A stretch of 64,000 bases of DNA. It comes from Tubiluchus corallicola. Lineage: Eukaryota; Animalia; Priapulida. Position numbers and translations under genes: made by a program. The DNA lies in the NCBI GenBank assembly GCA_030141605.1, contig JAQGDQ010000033.1, positions 372,001 through 436,000 of the forward strand. Direction: 5' to 3'. The notes below the pieces were generated by a model. It was given only the letters and a program-made list of their open reading frames with translations. It did not search any database and was not told the DNA's origin. Shown here in pieces: positions 53,074-64,000 of the stretch (position 1 is its first letter; each line of letters opens with the position of its first letter).

Positions 53074-56000
53074 TAGCATTTCAGTTATAGTTATCAGCAT
53101 TAACTTCATCATCTTCATTATTATCATTACTAACGTAGTTATTATTATTGCCATATTTGTCATCATTATTATCATCGTTGTCGTCACAGTCAGTGTAAAT
53201 GGCATCATTATTTTTATCCATGTCATCATTTTCGTAATCATTTCTGCTTACAACATTTTCCTCATCATAACTGGATCGTTGCTGTAGTTTTGGTCATCAG
53301 AGGGCACTCTAACCCAGTATTCGTTCTATTATCACAAATAGTTTACTATTTTGTAAGCAGTTAAATGGCAAAGGTAGCCTGAAGATATGTTGAAATCGTT
53401 AAATAACACACACAAGCAAAACAGTTTAAAATCTAAAATTTTGTACATCCAAGATACAGATTTCAGTTTTTTCCATTTTTATACCTCACAACTTGGCACG
53501 ATGGACTCTTCTTGCTACTCATCGTGGTCGCACTAGCCATAGTGAAATCAGCTGTTAGATCCGTGTGTGGGCGCGTGCTATCTGGAGAACTGGCACCTGA
53601 AGCTTCAGCGGGACTGTACGGCAAGGCGGAAGTCATTGTTCCTGCTGACGTAGGTACCGTGATGACGATGTGTTCAGAACAGCCGTGCTGAACAACGTCT
53701 TGTATAGTGAACTGTCTGGATGTAGGCTTGCTGCTATCACAGCTGAAAACAAATCTCAAAAGTATTCTAATATTGTCAGGAATGACAATATTATGTTCGA
53801 GAATGTCTATGCAATAATTATTTAAGAGTCTCTTTTCTATGACCATAGAACTAAGTGGCGCCACCTGCTACGGCTGCCTGTCGTGATTCGTGAATCGTGG
53901 TAGAGTTTTCATTTAGTTACATCGTTAGGTAAACGAAATAGTGTTTTTGTTAAAAATTATTATGAATTTAGTGAGAAAAAATAGTTGCAAATTAGATAAA
54001 AAAGCCGACTTAAGTTTACTCATAGCATTAATATTCCATACATCTTGAATAAAAAAGAACGAAATGTCTTGTTGATAATTGCTAAACCGATATTGATAAA
54101 CATTGTTGAATTTACTATTTTTACCATACTATAATAACTAAGTGATATAGAAAAAAGAATGGTTTTTTTTGGTTTTTGGTTTTCACTCGCTTCGGAGAAG
54201 TTGGAGAGTTTGTAGAACATTTTGCTTAAGGAAAGGTGACCAAGCATCGGAAAGTCAAAATCAACACCTGTAGTCACAAATGCTACCAATAGGTTAAACA
54301 AGTTTAAAATAATATATTTACTTAAAATGAGGCCATTCTTCTTCTGACTTTTCCTCCGCAGGGGAATGATTTGTGTCAGGGGATGACACTGACGCTTGTG
54401 AACCTCTTGATGATGGCGAGTCTGCTGCTGCTGTGGTGTTGATAACTATCTGTGTGGGTGCCCCACGACGTTGAATAACCTCCTCAAAATTAATTTTGTC
54501 GTGTTTTCCAATGGCTTCACAACTAAAATGAAAATGTTAAATACTGAAATGTTAGATACACAGTGTGTTCTGATGAGCTAAAAGAAAAAAACGAATGGTA
54601 CATCATTTCTCAGTAATTGTAAAACGCTTGATTAAGCTTTACTAATTCGAAATGGAAAGAACAAGATTCTATTAAAAGGGCGAGCCCCTCGTTTCTTATT
54701 ATCAATAATTTTACATTACGTAATAACCTGAAAATTAATATTAGTGACATTCGGGCCGTATATTATTCACTTTTAATTTTAATTCGGAGTTATTTAAAAA
54801 GATTAATTGTACTTCAAAATAGCATATATTAGTTGCAAGCTGACGAAATAATGCTAGCCCAGAGCAGTTGATCTGAGATTGTGATTCAGTGATTCAGTGT
54901 AGGCCTACATGTATTAGCAAAGATACAAAAATTCTGTATTTTAGGGGAAAATGTATGCCAGTGGAATCGGGATTCTTATACAAATTTTAGATGATAGCTT
55001 TTAAATCAGCAAACAATAGTGAAAAGAAAGAAAGTTTTGCACATACACACAAAATTAAGTACTGTGTTACTTGCTCAGTTAAATCCTGAATAGGGCCTAA
55101 TATGCAAATTGTTTCGGCGCAAATTTACCAGTAATATAAATCGTATTTTGATAGCAGTGCAAGAAAACAAAATTGTGAACCAATAAAATACTACTCTTTT
55201 ACCCATAACAGTTATGGCTTGTTAATTTATTTAGCGGACTGTTTTTTTACCATTTTGCGCTCAAGTTTTGTTTTTTAACAGAATTATTGATTTTCTGAAA
55301 GTCACGTTGGCTTTCGTCGATTCAGTTATAGCTTATCTGTAAAAATTAAGAGGAGCCTGTAGGCCTACCATGAAAAATTTGTGAAATGTCACCGCTTGGC
55401 TACAGAAGATCAAGTGCTTTGACATACGAAGATTGTATTATCAAAAATAAGAATCTGTTAGTAGCCTACATTTTTAAAGACACAAACTGAAACAAAATCA
55501 CTTTGCAATGTATCTAATGGTTTATCAAGAATACATAAACAGTTATTTTAAATAAACCGCATTTTTTAAAACTGCGCTACGAAAATGCGTGACTGCATAT
55601 GACTGTTAAACACAGGTATTATATCAAGTTCAACCACGAGCATTCGGCACACCGTGTGGCAAAACGGTGCTATGTTTTTAGTGTTAGGAAAAAAACAGGA
55701 GGTCCGTTCTAGATCTTTTATAGGAGTGGGAAGAGACCGTTTTTAGAAATCCGTGATCCGTAACTACAAAAATACTATTCTTTGGATTTTAATTGGTAAG
55801 CAGACTCACAAAACTTGTTACTTTGTTTTATTTTAACACTTTATAACTAATCTTTCAATAGTTCATTTAGAGCTGGGCACATGTTACGTCTGACATGTCT
55901 TCTCACTAGCTGTGATGATGTCCCAAAAACCAAAATATTGCTGCTGTAATACTTGTAGGCTATTGCATTGTTCAGGCAATTGCCGGCATGTCTTATACCG

Positions 56001-57196
56001 AGTTCACAGTGCCTGCTAATAAGAAAATCATGCCTTTGGCCACCTAACCACGAACAAAAAACGTTCCTTGCCCATTCAAGCACATTGCCATTCGTGCGAA
56101 TTGTTCTTATGTCTTCTTCTTGTCTGCTTTTATTTGCTGCTAAACACATTTTAACTAACTTAACGAAGTGAAAACATCCTTAATTTAACGTTCTGCCTTT
56201 AATTAATTACACGAACTAAATTGGGTAACTGACTATGTTTAAAACGTCTGATCTAATAAACTGACCTATTGCGCCCATTCATAAAATATGGGCATACTGC
56301 TATATTTTCAAACACATAACTTGGGTTTTTATTAGCTAGAAAAGCTGTACAATAAAAATCTTCCAACAAAAGTTTGAAGATCAAATCAGCTCCTTGAACT
56401 AACGTCACAGTTTAATATACATATAATTAAATATCTTTTATTTAAATGTTACCAATTAATCATTACAGACTTTTTGCGTGTTTTTGCTCATCTAGTTCGT
56501 AGCTCACAACACCGTTACTACAACATTTTAGTTGTTGGTCTTCCTGACTTATTTATTTGACATGGCCTCTTGGAAAATGAGAGTTACATCACAATAAATG
56601 TAAAATAAACAGCTTTTGGCAAAGCAGTTGTAGACGTATTGTTGGGCACAAACACTAGCAGAGCTTGGTAAAATTAGTATAAATGCATAACAATATGTCT
56701 AGAATAGAAAAATGTCAAAGTATTCAACAGACAGTCAGGAAAACGAAGCAAAGAACACTCTATAGGTTCTTTGCACTACCGTAATAAGAATCTATCTGCG
56801 GCAGACGAAAAACTATTATTTAAAAGTGCTTCGTGACAATCTTGTTTCTGCAATAGCATTTACAGAACAGGACAAATAAACTCTAAGTTAGCTGTACTTT
56901 TCTTCTGCATAATTCTTAATGAAGATCACCGCAGTGGGCTTGTAATTGTCCCAAACGTTAAATATTTTGACAACATGAAATAACTGAACGTACCTGTCAA
57001 ACACCGCTGCATCATTGAGCATTTCAATCTCTTTATAGAGATTCTGTATGTCCACACTAAGTGAGGCCAAGCTGTCGGTGGTGGCTGCCATCATAAACAA
57101 TATTATCACCTTCTCACCCGTCACCAGCCATTCCAATGCGGAAAACAAACTTTCTACTACAGTTTCACTAATTCTTTCACTACCGCGTGGCCACAT
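48690..57196 (-). CDS. ESR: Estrogen-receptor-type nuclear receptor (NR3 family; invertebrate ER), ~571 aa, 9 coding exons
   Basis: Exons 56994-57196, 54322-54522, 53485-53742, 52819-52913 ([31 protein letters not shown]), 51651-51776 ([30 protein letters not shown]), 50733-51014 ([18 protein letters not shown]), 49814-49955 ([23 protein letters not shown]), 49061-49191 ([14 protein letters not shown]) and 48690-48967 (GVAHLF..LLLQEMV). All phases are consistent. The P-box CEGCKA and KRSIQG are ER-type, not ERR-type (CEACKA/KRTIQG). The start could instead be the Met at 57093. Confidence 0.93.
49382..49685. mobile_element. Possible degenerate hAT-like MITE in an ER intron
   Basis: Begins CAAGGGCGTAT and ends ATACTTGCCTG, flanked by GTAGTAAT / GCAGTAAT (8 bp, one mismatch); TIR match is weak. 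Confidence 0.35.
52963..53270. repeat. (ATC)n microsatellite with degenerate flanks (ER intron)
   Basis: Direct reading. Confidence 0.92.
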
Positions 57197-57974
57197 TTGC
57201 GGCTGAGGGGTGCTCGGGCGTCAAGTTCAAGATCGGCGGTGCGTGCCCGACCAAAATAAGCACCACCAGAACTAGGAAGTGAAAGTCGGCAAAAGCCACT
57301 ACCTACAAGCGGTGAATGGTAGCGTCCGCGAAGGGTCGATGCCCCTTACGACTATGCAGTAACGAAAGTGAGTAATGAAGAGATAGTAGTAAGCAGGTGT
57401 AGAACGATGACCGACCTACTTATGAGAAGAAAACGGGAATTTATCAATTGCCATCAGCGTGGCTGAAATCCGATTTCGTTCTAAATAATTGTAATCAGCT
57501 TGTCGGTTGCCGAATTTCAGCAGGTTTATTTTCCTTTTGTTAGAAATCTAAATAGTTCCAAATCAATGTATAGTAGCTTCAGGTAATATAGTAATTAAAT
57601 ATTACATAATTGTTTAATTGTACTTTTCGTCGTAAAATATTAATGTGCAGTTGTTATCACTTGGTTTTTATTACGAGAGCTATATTAAGTAAGAAAACTT
57701 GTAGTAGCGCCCCGGGTTAGCTCGAATTTGCGGCTAAAAAGATCTTTTTTTAAAAGTTCACCCAGGTGTCTGGCACTTTAACACTTTTCTTTTATATCGC
57801 GAAACGACTGGAGGTGTGTGATTTGCAGACAAAAACGAGCGATTGGGTAAAGTTCCATGTTTCTAGTTGCTACGAATCTGTTGGAACACATTTGAAACTT
57901 CTTGTCGTCATTCATGAAAAATAGAAAAGTTATATTTTAATTGTAGGAATGCCGAAATTGAGCCTGATGTTACG

Positions 57975-57987
57975 ATCGTTATCATCA

Positions 57988-58018
<31 letters not shown>

Positions 58019-58100
58019 CGTCGTCGTCATCATAGCCGTTATCACCCCCATCGTTGTGGTTATAATCAGCACCATTATAATCATCATCATCATCATATCC
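57975..58100. repeat. (ATC)/(GTC) trinucleotide tract upstream of ER
   Basis: Direct reading. Confidence 0.85.
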
Positions 58101-60103
58101 TTGTAGCTCTTTTTGTCCTGAGTTGGTTGTGTCATCCGCCTACTAGATGGCTGGATGTCTTTATCTTCTTTCATCACATTTGAATTCGAATTTTTTAGCA
58201 GTCCGCAATTTGCATGTGTTCACTATCTTCAAGAGTTGTTGCTGCTGTTATCATACCACATCCTGCTACAGTTCACAAAAGATCACTACGGTCATTTGTG
58301 TTATTTGAATTGGTATGGCTACTGCAGCTGATTTTGGTGGTGGCTGAAATATTAGCGTTGACTAGTGTTTGGTTGACCTTGATATTGGTGTTGTTGCCAT
58401 TGCTTCTGCTGCTGCTACTTATTTCTGTTGCAGTTACCGTAATACCTGTATCAAAACGTCAATGAGCCCATTTTGAGATGCTCGGAAATAATTGCTAAAC
58501 CACTTACGAAGTATTTTGTTGAAAACATTCTCATTAATACAAGTTAGCGCCATCAAACAAAACGATAGGATCTGTTATGTAAAATTATAATGACTGGAAA
58601 ACAACTGTGTTTGCTTGAAATAATTTAATAAAAAAAATTATGAAATTAAAAATATACACAATAAATAGTGTAATTTTTGCAGGCAGTAAAAAACTAAAAC
58701 AAATATTAGCAGTTTTAGGTATTTGATTGTGAGCATACTAGAGTTATTTACACTCGTTTGTGCCAAATATAAAAAATGTTGCCGAAATGGGAATGATGGC
58801 GTTTAAAGGTTTTGATTTTACGACACTCTATTAAATAACGTTACAATACTTTACAACTATTAATTATTACAATTCTTGATTTGCAAAACACCGTGCAAGT
58901 CTTTATTTTAGAATAAAAATGACAATGCATTTACATAATTAATTCTTCACTACTTGATTTTGAAAACAAATAAAAAATTGTGATAGTTTTGGCCTACCAC
59001 GTAGATTGCCATTACCTTGTGTTGCACCTTTTATAATATTCCTAACTTTGTGCATTCATACTTGTTGTCTATCTACATCATTGTACATATACTGTATCGA
59101 TTTTAAATGCGAATAAAATATGTAATAATAAAAAAGTACAAAATAAAAAAAAGTCAACAAACAATTCTTGGCTTTAAATTTGAAAACAAGATAATGTTAC
59201 AGATGTGATAAAACACTACCTGTTAGTTATTCATCCATTTCCATTTTTCCCGATGCAATGAAACTATCAAAATGATATAGTACTTGCACACTATTCATTA
59301 AAACGCTCTGAAGTTGTAGACTTGAATTCAGATTTTAATATTTTGTACTGAACGTATTATGAAACGCTCATGAAAGCACATTCAGGTACTTCTGATGCAG
59401 TGAGTATCTAGTTAAATTTTTAATTTCAGATTTTTAAACATAATGCAGATGCATATTATTGAAAAGTGCTAGTCTGCCAGGTTAGTACAGGAGAAGACCC
59501 CAGATAATGAGCTCAGAAGTTACCCAAAGGTCATCCCTTATAATTAGGGTACAGAAAATCGGTGCTCAATGCTACAGTAAATCAATATACCGCATCAGTC
59601 AAAATATATAGATTAGTGATCATTAGACCTACAGGCAACTATTAAGGTTACTATCAAATTAATTATAATGGTTTAAAGGATTATTTGGTCGACTTTTTTG
59701 TTACCCAGTAAAAGATCGATTTTTCTGTCGAACCCTTTTCAGTTGCCTGGTCAATCTTTTTAGGTTTCCATCGACATGTCTTAATTTTAGTTAAAACGTG
59801 GGAACAGCCGAGTGTTCACAGTGTGTGTTTCAAGCTTGAAGTACAGCAATGCGGATACTGGTCAGCAAATGCATAGATGACAGTTGTGTTCTCTAATCGC
59901 TATAGGAAGCCTTTGGCGGATGACTCTGCTTAAGAAAATGAAGATTTCTGGTTCTGCTGTGGGGGTATTTTACAAGTGCGAATAATAAGATTTTTTGTAA
60001 AATTTTGATCGCTATAATTTCATTCGCCATGCCAATCCTGGTTGTTTACCTCGCTTGCATTTGCATCCGAATATGGTTAATACACCTCCGGCTTTTAAGT
60101 GGC

Positions 60104-60240
60104 TTTAGATTTTAGATTTAGATTTATTTATTCGTCCATTTAGCACATACAAAAATAAAGTTACAAAATAACTAATTAACAGCGCATTACAGTGCTATGA
60201 ACGCAGCAGAAGAAATTAACTTATGAGCTACGCTCAACAT
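60104..60240 (-). mobile_element. Short 3'-end fragment of a LINE/SINE
   Basis: (TTAGAT)n/TTTAT tail followed by a sequence organised like the 3' end at 27100-27230. Confidence 0.4.
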
Positions 60241-61728
60241 AGAGGCTCATCTTAGAGGCATCACCTAATTCATTTTTTTATCGAGTTATGTTGTTGTGTG
60301 AAGTGTTTTATTTTTTTATACAATTGATGCCATAGCTTTCAAGATTTGCAGGGCTTTGAAAATGATATTTGTGTTGCTGGTCTCTGTTGGAGACTTTAGT
60401 AGAAATAAATAAAAAGCAAACTGATGAAGAAAGTGAAAACCATTTTTTATCATAAGAAAACTTTTGTTTGTGATTCCATACCTAAAAACACAAACTTAAT
60501 ACAGTTTTGCGTATCTGGATGTTAAGATCTGTATTTTTTAATTTTCTTAAAGATAGGCCTAGTTAAATAGTTTTTGAGCTAAATTAATTGAGGAAATCAA
60601 CTTGTCTACAATAAATATTCTAGACAGAAAGAAAAAAGTTAAATTTCGCATTATGTTTTCTAATTAATCGCATCACATGTACACTTATACATAATCCACT
60701 ATAAAATTTATTGTACAAACTTTCAAAACTGTGAAATATAAAGGAGGTATCATATACATGTGGCGATGTGTACTACCTACAAATCTCCTGTTAACAAACA
60801 ACATTTACGTGCATTACATTTACGTGTCCTAAATTATTATAGTTTATCTGTCTATTTGTATCTAATGCAAAAATATTTTAAAAGTAGTCGTAAAATTACT
60901 CTCTATTAACTAAGCGTGAACTTAAATGATATGTACACATTTTTAAAGTGAAAAATCTTGCATTTTCTTAAATGATGTATTTACAACAGCAACGTCATAT
61001 ATGAAGGTTGATATGGCTTAAAGAATTACTGCCTGATTCAGATTTACTAAAAATGCTGTTTAAGAAGGAACAGAAAACACGAGTGATTGTAAATATATGT
61101 ATACAAAGTCTAAAGTCTATAGACGTGAAAGAAGCTGGCGCCTAACAGTTGAAAAAATAATAAAAACAGAAAAAGAGTTAAAATACTTGGTCCTTTACTC
61201 AGTTAGGAACCAGCTATCTAATACTCTTATTAGTGAAATAATTGTTCATTTAGGCGTTTTTCAACTTTACATACAATGCCTTTTAGAAACTAAGACTGCA
61301 TGAGCCTTTAAACACAAAAAGTGGAGAAAGAGTGCTAAATTGGCTTGCATGGTGCAAATGATTGTAGTCTAACAGCTGTTTCTGGCTTTCAAACCTATTT
61401 CTACCTGTAGATTTTAACACAGTTCGTTCATTAAGTGAAAGCAGCGTTACATGAGACTATGCACGACGTAATTATGAATTTCTGGCTGAGCACCTATCAG
61501 AACACTAAGCGCTCTTTTGTGCCGACATGCCGCGTTAACTTTTGGCATATAGATCTGTGCAAAATTATTGTTATTATTATTATTAGTAGTAGTATTATGC
61601 TAAACATGAAAATTTTCGCACTTGCAAATATACATAAAAGCTAAACGTTATTTTAAGGAACACGCTGATTGTAAAAATACAGTTTAACTAGCAAAAACCT
61701 GGCAGACTGAGAAAGAAAATTCGGTAGG

Positions 61729-64000
61729 CTAAAATAGTTGCACAGGTCTACCCGTTGGTGCACGTGCGGCTGCTGGATAAGTCCTATTTGCCTGTGGCCT
61801 TGGATAGCTGGGCCTTGGATCCGCAGTGTAATATGCAGAACGAGCATCGTGATAATACTCTTCATCACTGGGTCTATGTCTGTTCTGTGGGGAAGGTTTA
61901 GGAGATGGCATAAAAGCGGGATTGTCAGCGGGTTTCACAACATCATCGTATTCGTTGTCAGATTTCTCCTTCGCATCTGCAGCATGCTTCACTACGGCTC
62001 TCGTGTTCTCTTTAAAACTGTTGAGACAGAAAACGCCCTAAACAGTAAAGAAAAATACGTCGTATAGTCTAAGTAGTCACGTAATGAAGTGGAACTTCTT
62101 TTCCAAAAAAAATTTTAATGACACTAGCAAATTACTTTTAGAAAATTACCACACAGTTAGAAATAAAAATTTACTAAAAATTTGCTACTATAGTACTTCA
62201 TTTCTTAGCACGTTGCTGTGTACGAAACATAAAATAAAATTAAAATTATAATGAAGATGCTCCAATTTCTAGTTCCTTTTTATTTATAAGAAAACTGTTT
62301 AAAAATGCAGGATTTCGAACATAAGAGTAAAAAAGTTTCGGCTGTCAAAGGTGCGAATAAACTCACTCGACCGGGTTTTATTTCATTATTACGTTTACGC
62401 CTCACTCGACTGGATTTTATTGCATTATTACGTTTATTTCGTAACATTGACGTTTCTGTTTCTCATTAGACTCCGATTCTCGTCTAATAAGAATTTATTT
62501 CGAACTTAACCAATTTGCTGTAAGTACATGTTTGAGAAAAACAAGCAATACAATAACGTCTACTTGTAACTATACTTGTGACTAAATTATTGCTTGTTTT
62601 TCTATTCATTTTTAATAAAGCCTTATTTTTTTGCTGTTATAATGACACTCACGTCTCAAGTTTTAGAAACCACAGTACTTTTAGTTACACATAAAATAAC
62701 TTGGTCTAGATATATGCCTTGCCGGACAAATAGAATAAAAGCAATACAACAAACCAGGTAAACTGCAATGGCTGCACCAAGAAAAAACCCGACAAACACA
62801 TCAGCTGGAAAATTCCTGTAATCCTGTAGTCGAGAGACGCCAGCAAATAAAGATAAACTGATCAGACCAAACACTAGTATCGGTTGCATTAGACGAACGT
62901 AACACAAAGACGTGATAAAATGTACGTAAATCTGAAATAAATAAAAAGTCTCTTTTGACGAGTTTTGAGGCAGCCGGCTCGGTTGTGTTTACTCACCGTC
63001 AGCATACATCCAGTGCCTGCTTGACATATAATTTACAACAGAACTATGGTGATAATCTATAACAGAACGGTCAAAAGTTATTTTGCTGGTTTAGCTATCG
63101 GTTATTTATGAAATCAGTTGCTTAGTGTATTCATATTAAAGGAATTTAAAATCTCTTCGTTATTATTGTTAGAACAATCAACACCAACATTATCGTCTTG
63201 ATTGTCATCATCGTTGTCACTATCATGATTGCTTTCAGTATTGCAATCACCGTGATCACCATTACATCAGCAACAATATCAAAATTATAATTTAAATTGT
63301 TACTCAGATTACTAGCAATATTTCAACCCTAGAAGGAAGCAAAAAACAATGGAAAAGGAAAGCTAAAAGTTTCTCTATTGAGTGTTCGTTTAGCACTTAC
63401 AAAAATAATGCATCATACCACACCGTTAACTGTTTACAATTTCGCGGACATAAAAAGTAAAAATGCCGAAAAAGAACTTACCGCTGCGTAAACCATACTA
63501 TACATTGAAAAGGAAGCATAGAACGAAGGAAACGACATACTGAAAAAAGAGACGATTGGCAAATAATTATATCCAATCGATTTGAATTGAATTTTTAATT
63601 AAATAAAATTAGAAAGCCGCTGCAAAGAATACACAGACAACTCCTACACGCTTAATTCACATAATGATAAATATAGTTCATATTAACCTATCCGTGACAC
63701 TTTAACTTAACTGTTTTCTAACGATCCTATAGGTGGTAAAAGCAGCTACAATGGGTTGTTTTGTTAAACATTATATCATTTTCTTGTTTTTCTTACCGAG
63801 CATCTCTGAGTAATGTATCATTTTCTGGAATCTTATACAGGCAAATGTCTTCTTCTGCCATGCCTTCTCCATACATAGCCTTACAATTATCAATGTCTGG
63901 ATCACAAAGATCTAGCCAATATGGACGCAGACGACCAATTGTGATCTTTAGCACATCAGTGAATATCCAAGTTAGAGATAATCCCAATAAAAACATTCCT
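61729..64000 (-). CDS. PAP2-family phospholipid phosphatase-related protein (PLPPR/wunen-like), 3' part; predicted catalytically inactive
   Basis: Exons 63797->64000 (C1 LKITIGRLRPYWLDLCDP), 63482-63539 (RMSFPSFYAS), 62755-62931 (SRLQDYRNFPADVFVGFFLG) and 61729-62037 (GVFCLNSFKE...RPVQLF*); GT-AG and phase-consistent. Confidence 0.9.
62362..62436. repeat. Two-copy ~40-bp tandem repeat in an intron
   Basis: CTCACTCGAC(C/T)GG(G/A)TTTTATT(T/G)CATTATTACGTTTA twice. Confidence 0.8.

Noticed and set aside
52904-53287. PolyI/polyM ORFs
   Set aside because: (ATC)n microsatellite in an ER intron
55640-55682. Short GC-rich hairpin resembling a Helitron 3' end
   Set aside because: No CTRR terminus and no identifiable 5' end
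48690-57196. Calling the receptor ERR
   Set aside because: P-box CEGCKA, WSC, KRSIQG and [18 protein letters not shown] are ER-type
57908-58465. Low-complexity ORFs upstream of ER
   Set aside because: Degenerate trinucleotide repeats with stops in the extended frames; no domain

Overview
AT-rich, intron-containing eukaryotic (animal) genomic DNA. It is probably an invertebrate, and the ER sequence suggests a protostome/lophotrochozoan (inference). From left to right it contains: the 5' part of a DDX18/HAS1 DEAD-box helicase gene (minus strand, 8 coding exons, running off the left edge); a CR1-type LINE relic; a tandem cluster of intronless phospholipid scramblases (2 intact, 1 pseudogene); an intronless class-B (secretin-family) GPCR; a 270-bp near-perfect palindrome (probable foldback/P-superfamily element); a Ty3/Gypsy relic; a 4-coding-exon gene for a ~1042-aa acidic Glu/Ala/Pro/Thr repeat protein tipped with an AMPK-beta-type glycogen-binding CBM48 domain, which the ORF track misses because the domain is split by introns; a complete 9-coding-exon estrogen-receptor-type nuclear receptor (minus, ~571 aa); and the 3' part of a catalytically degenerate PLPP-related (PLPPR-like) gene. 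MITEs, further LINE fragments and many microsatellites are interspersed. All exon models were built by hand from GT-AG boundaries and reading-frame continuity, with no database searches.
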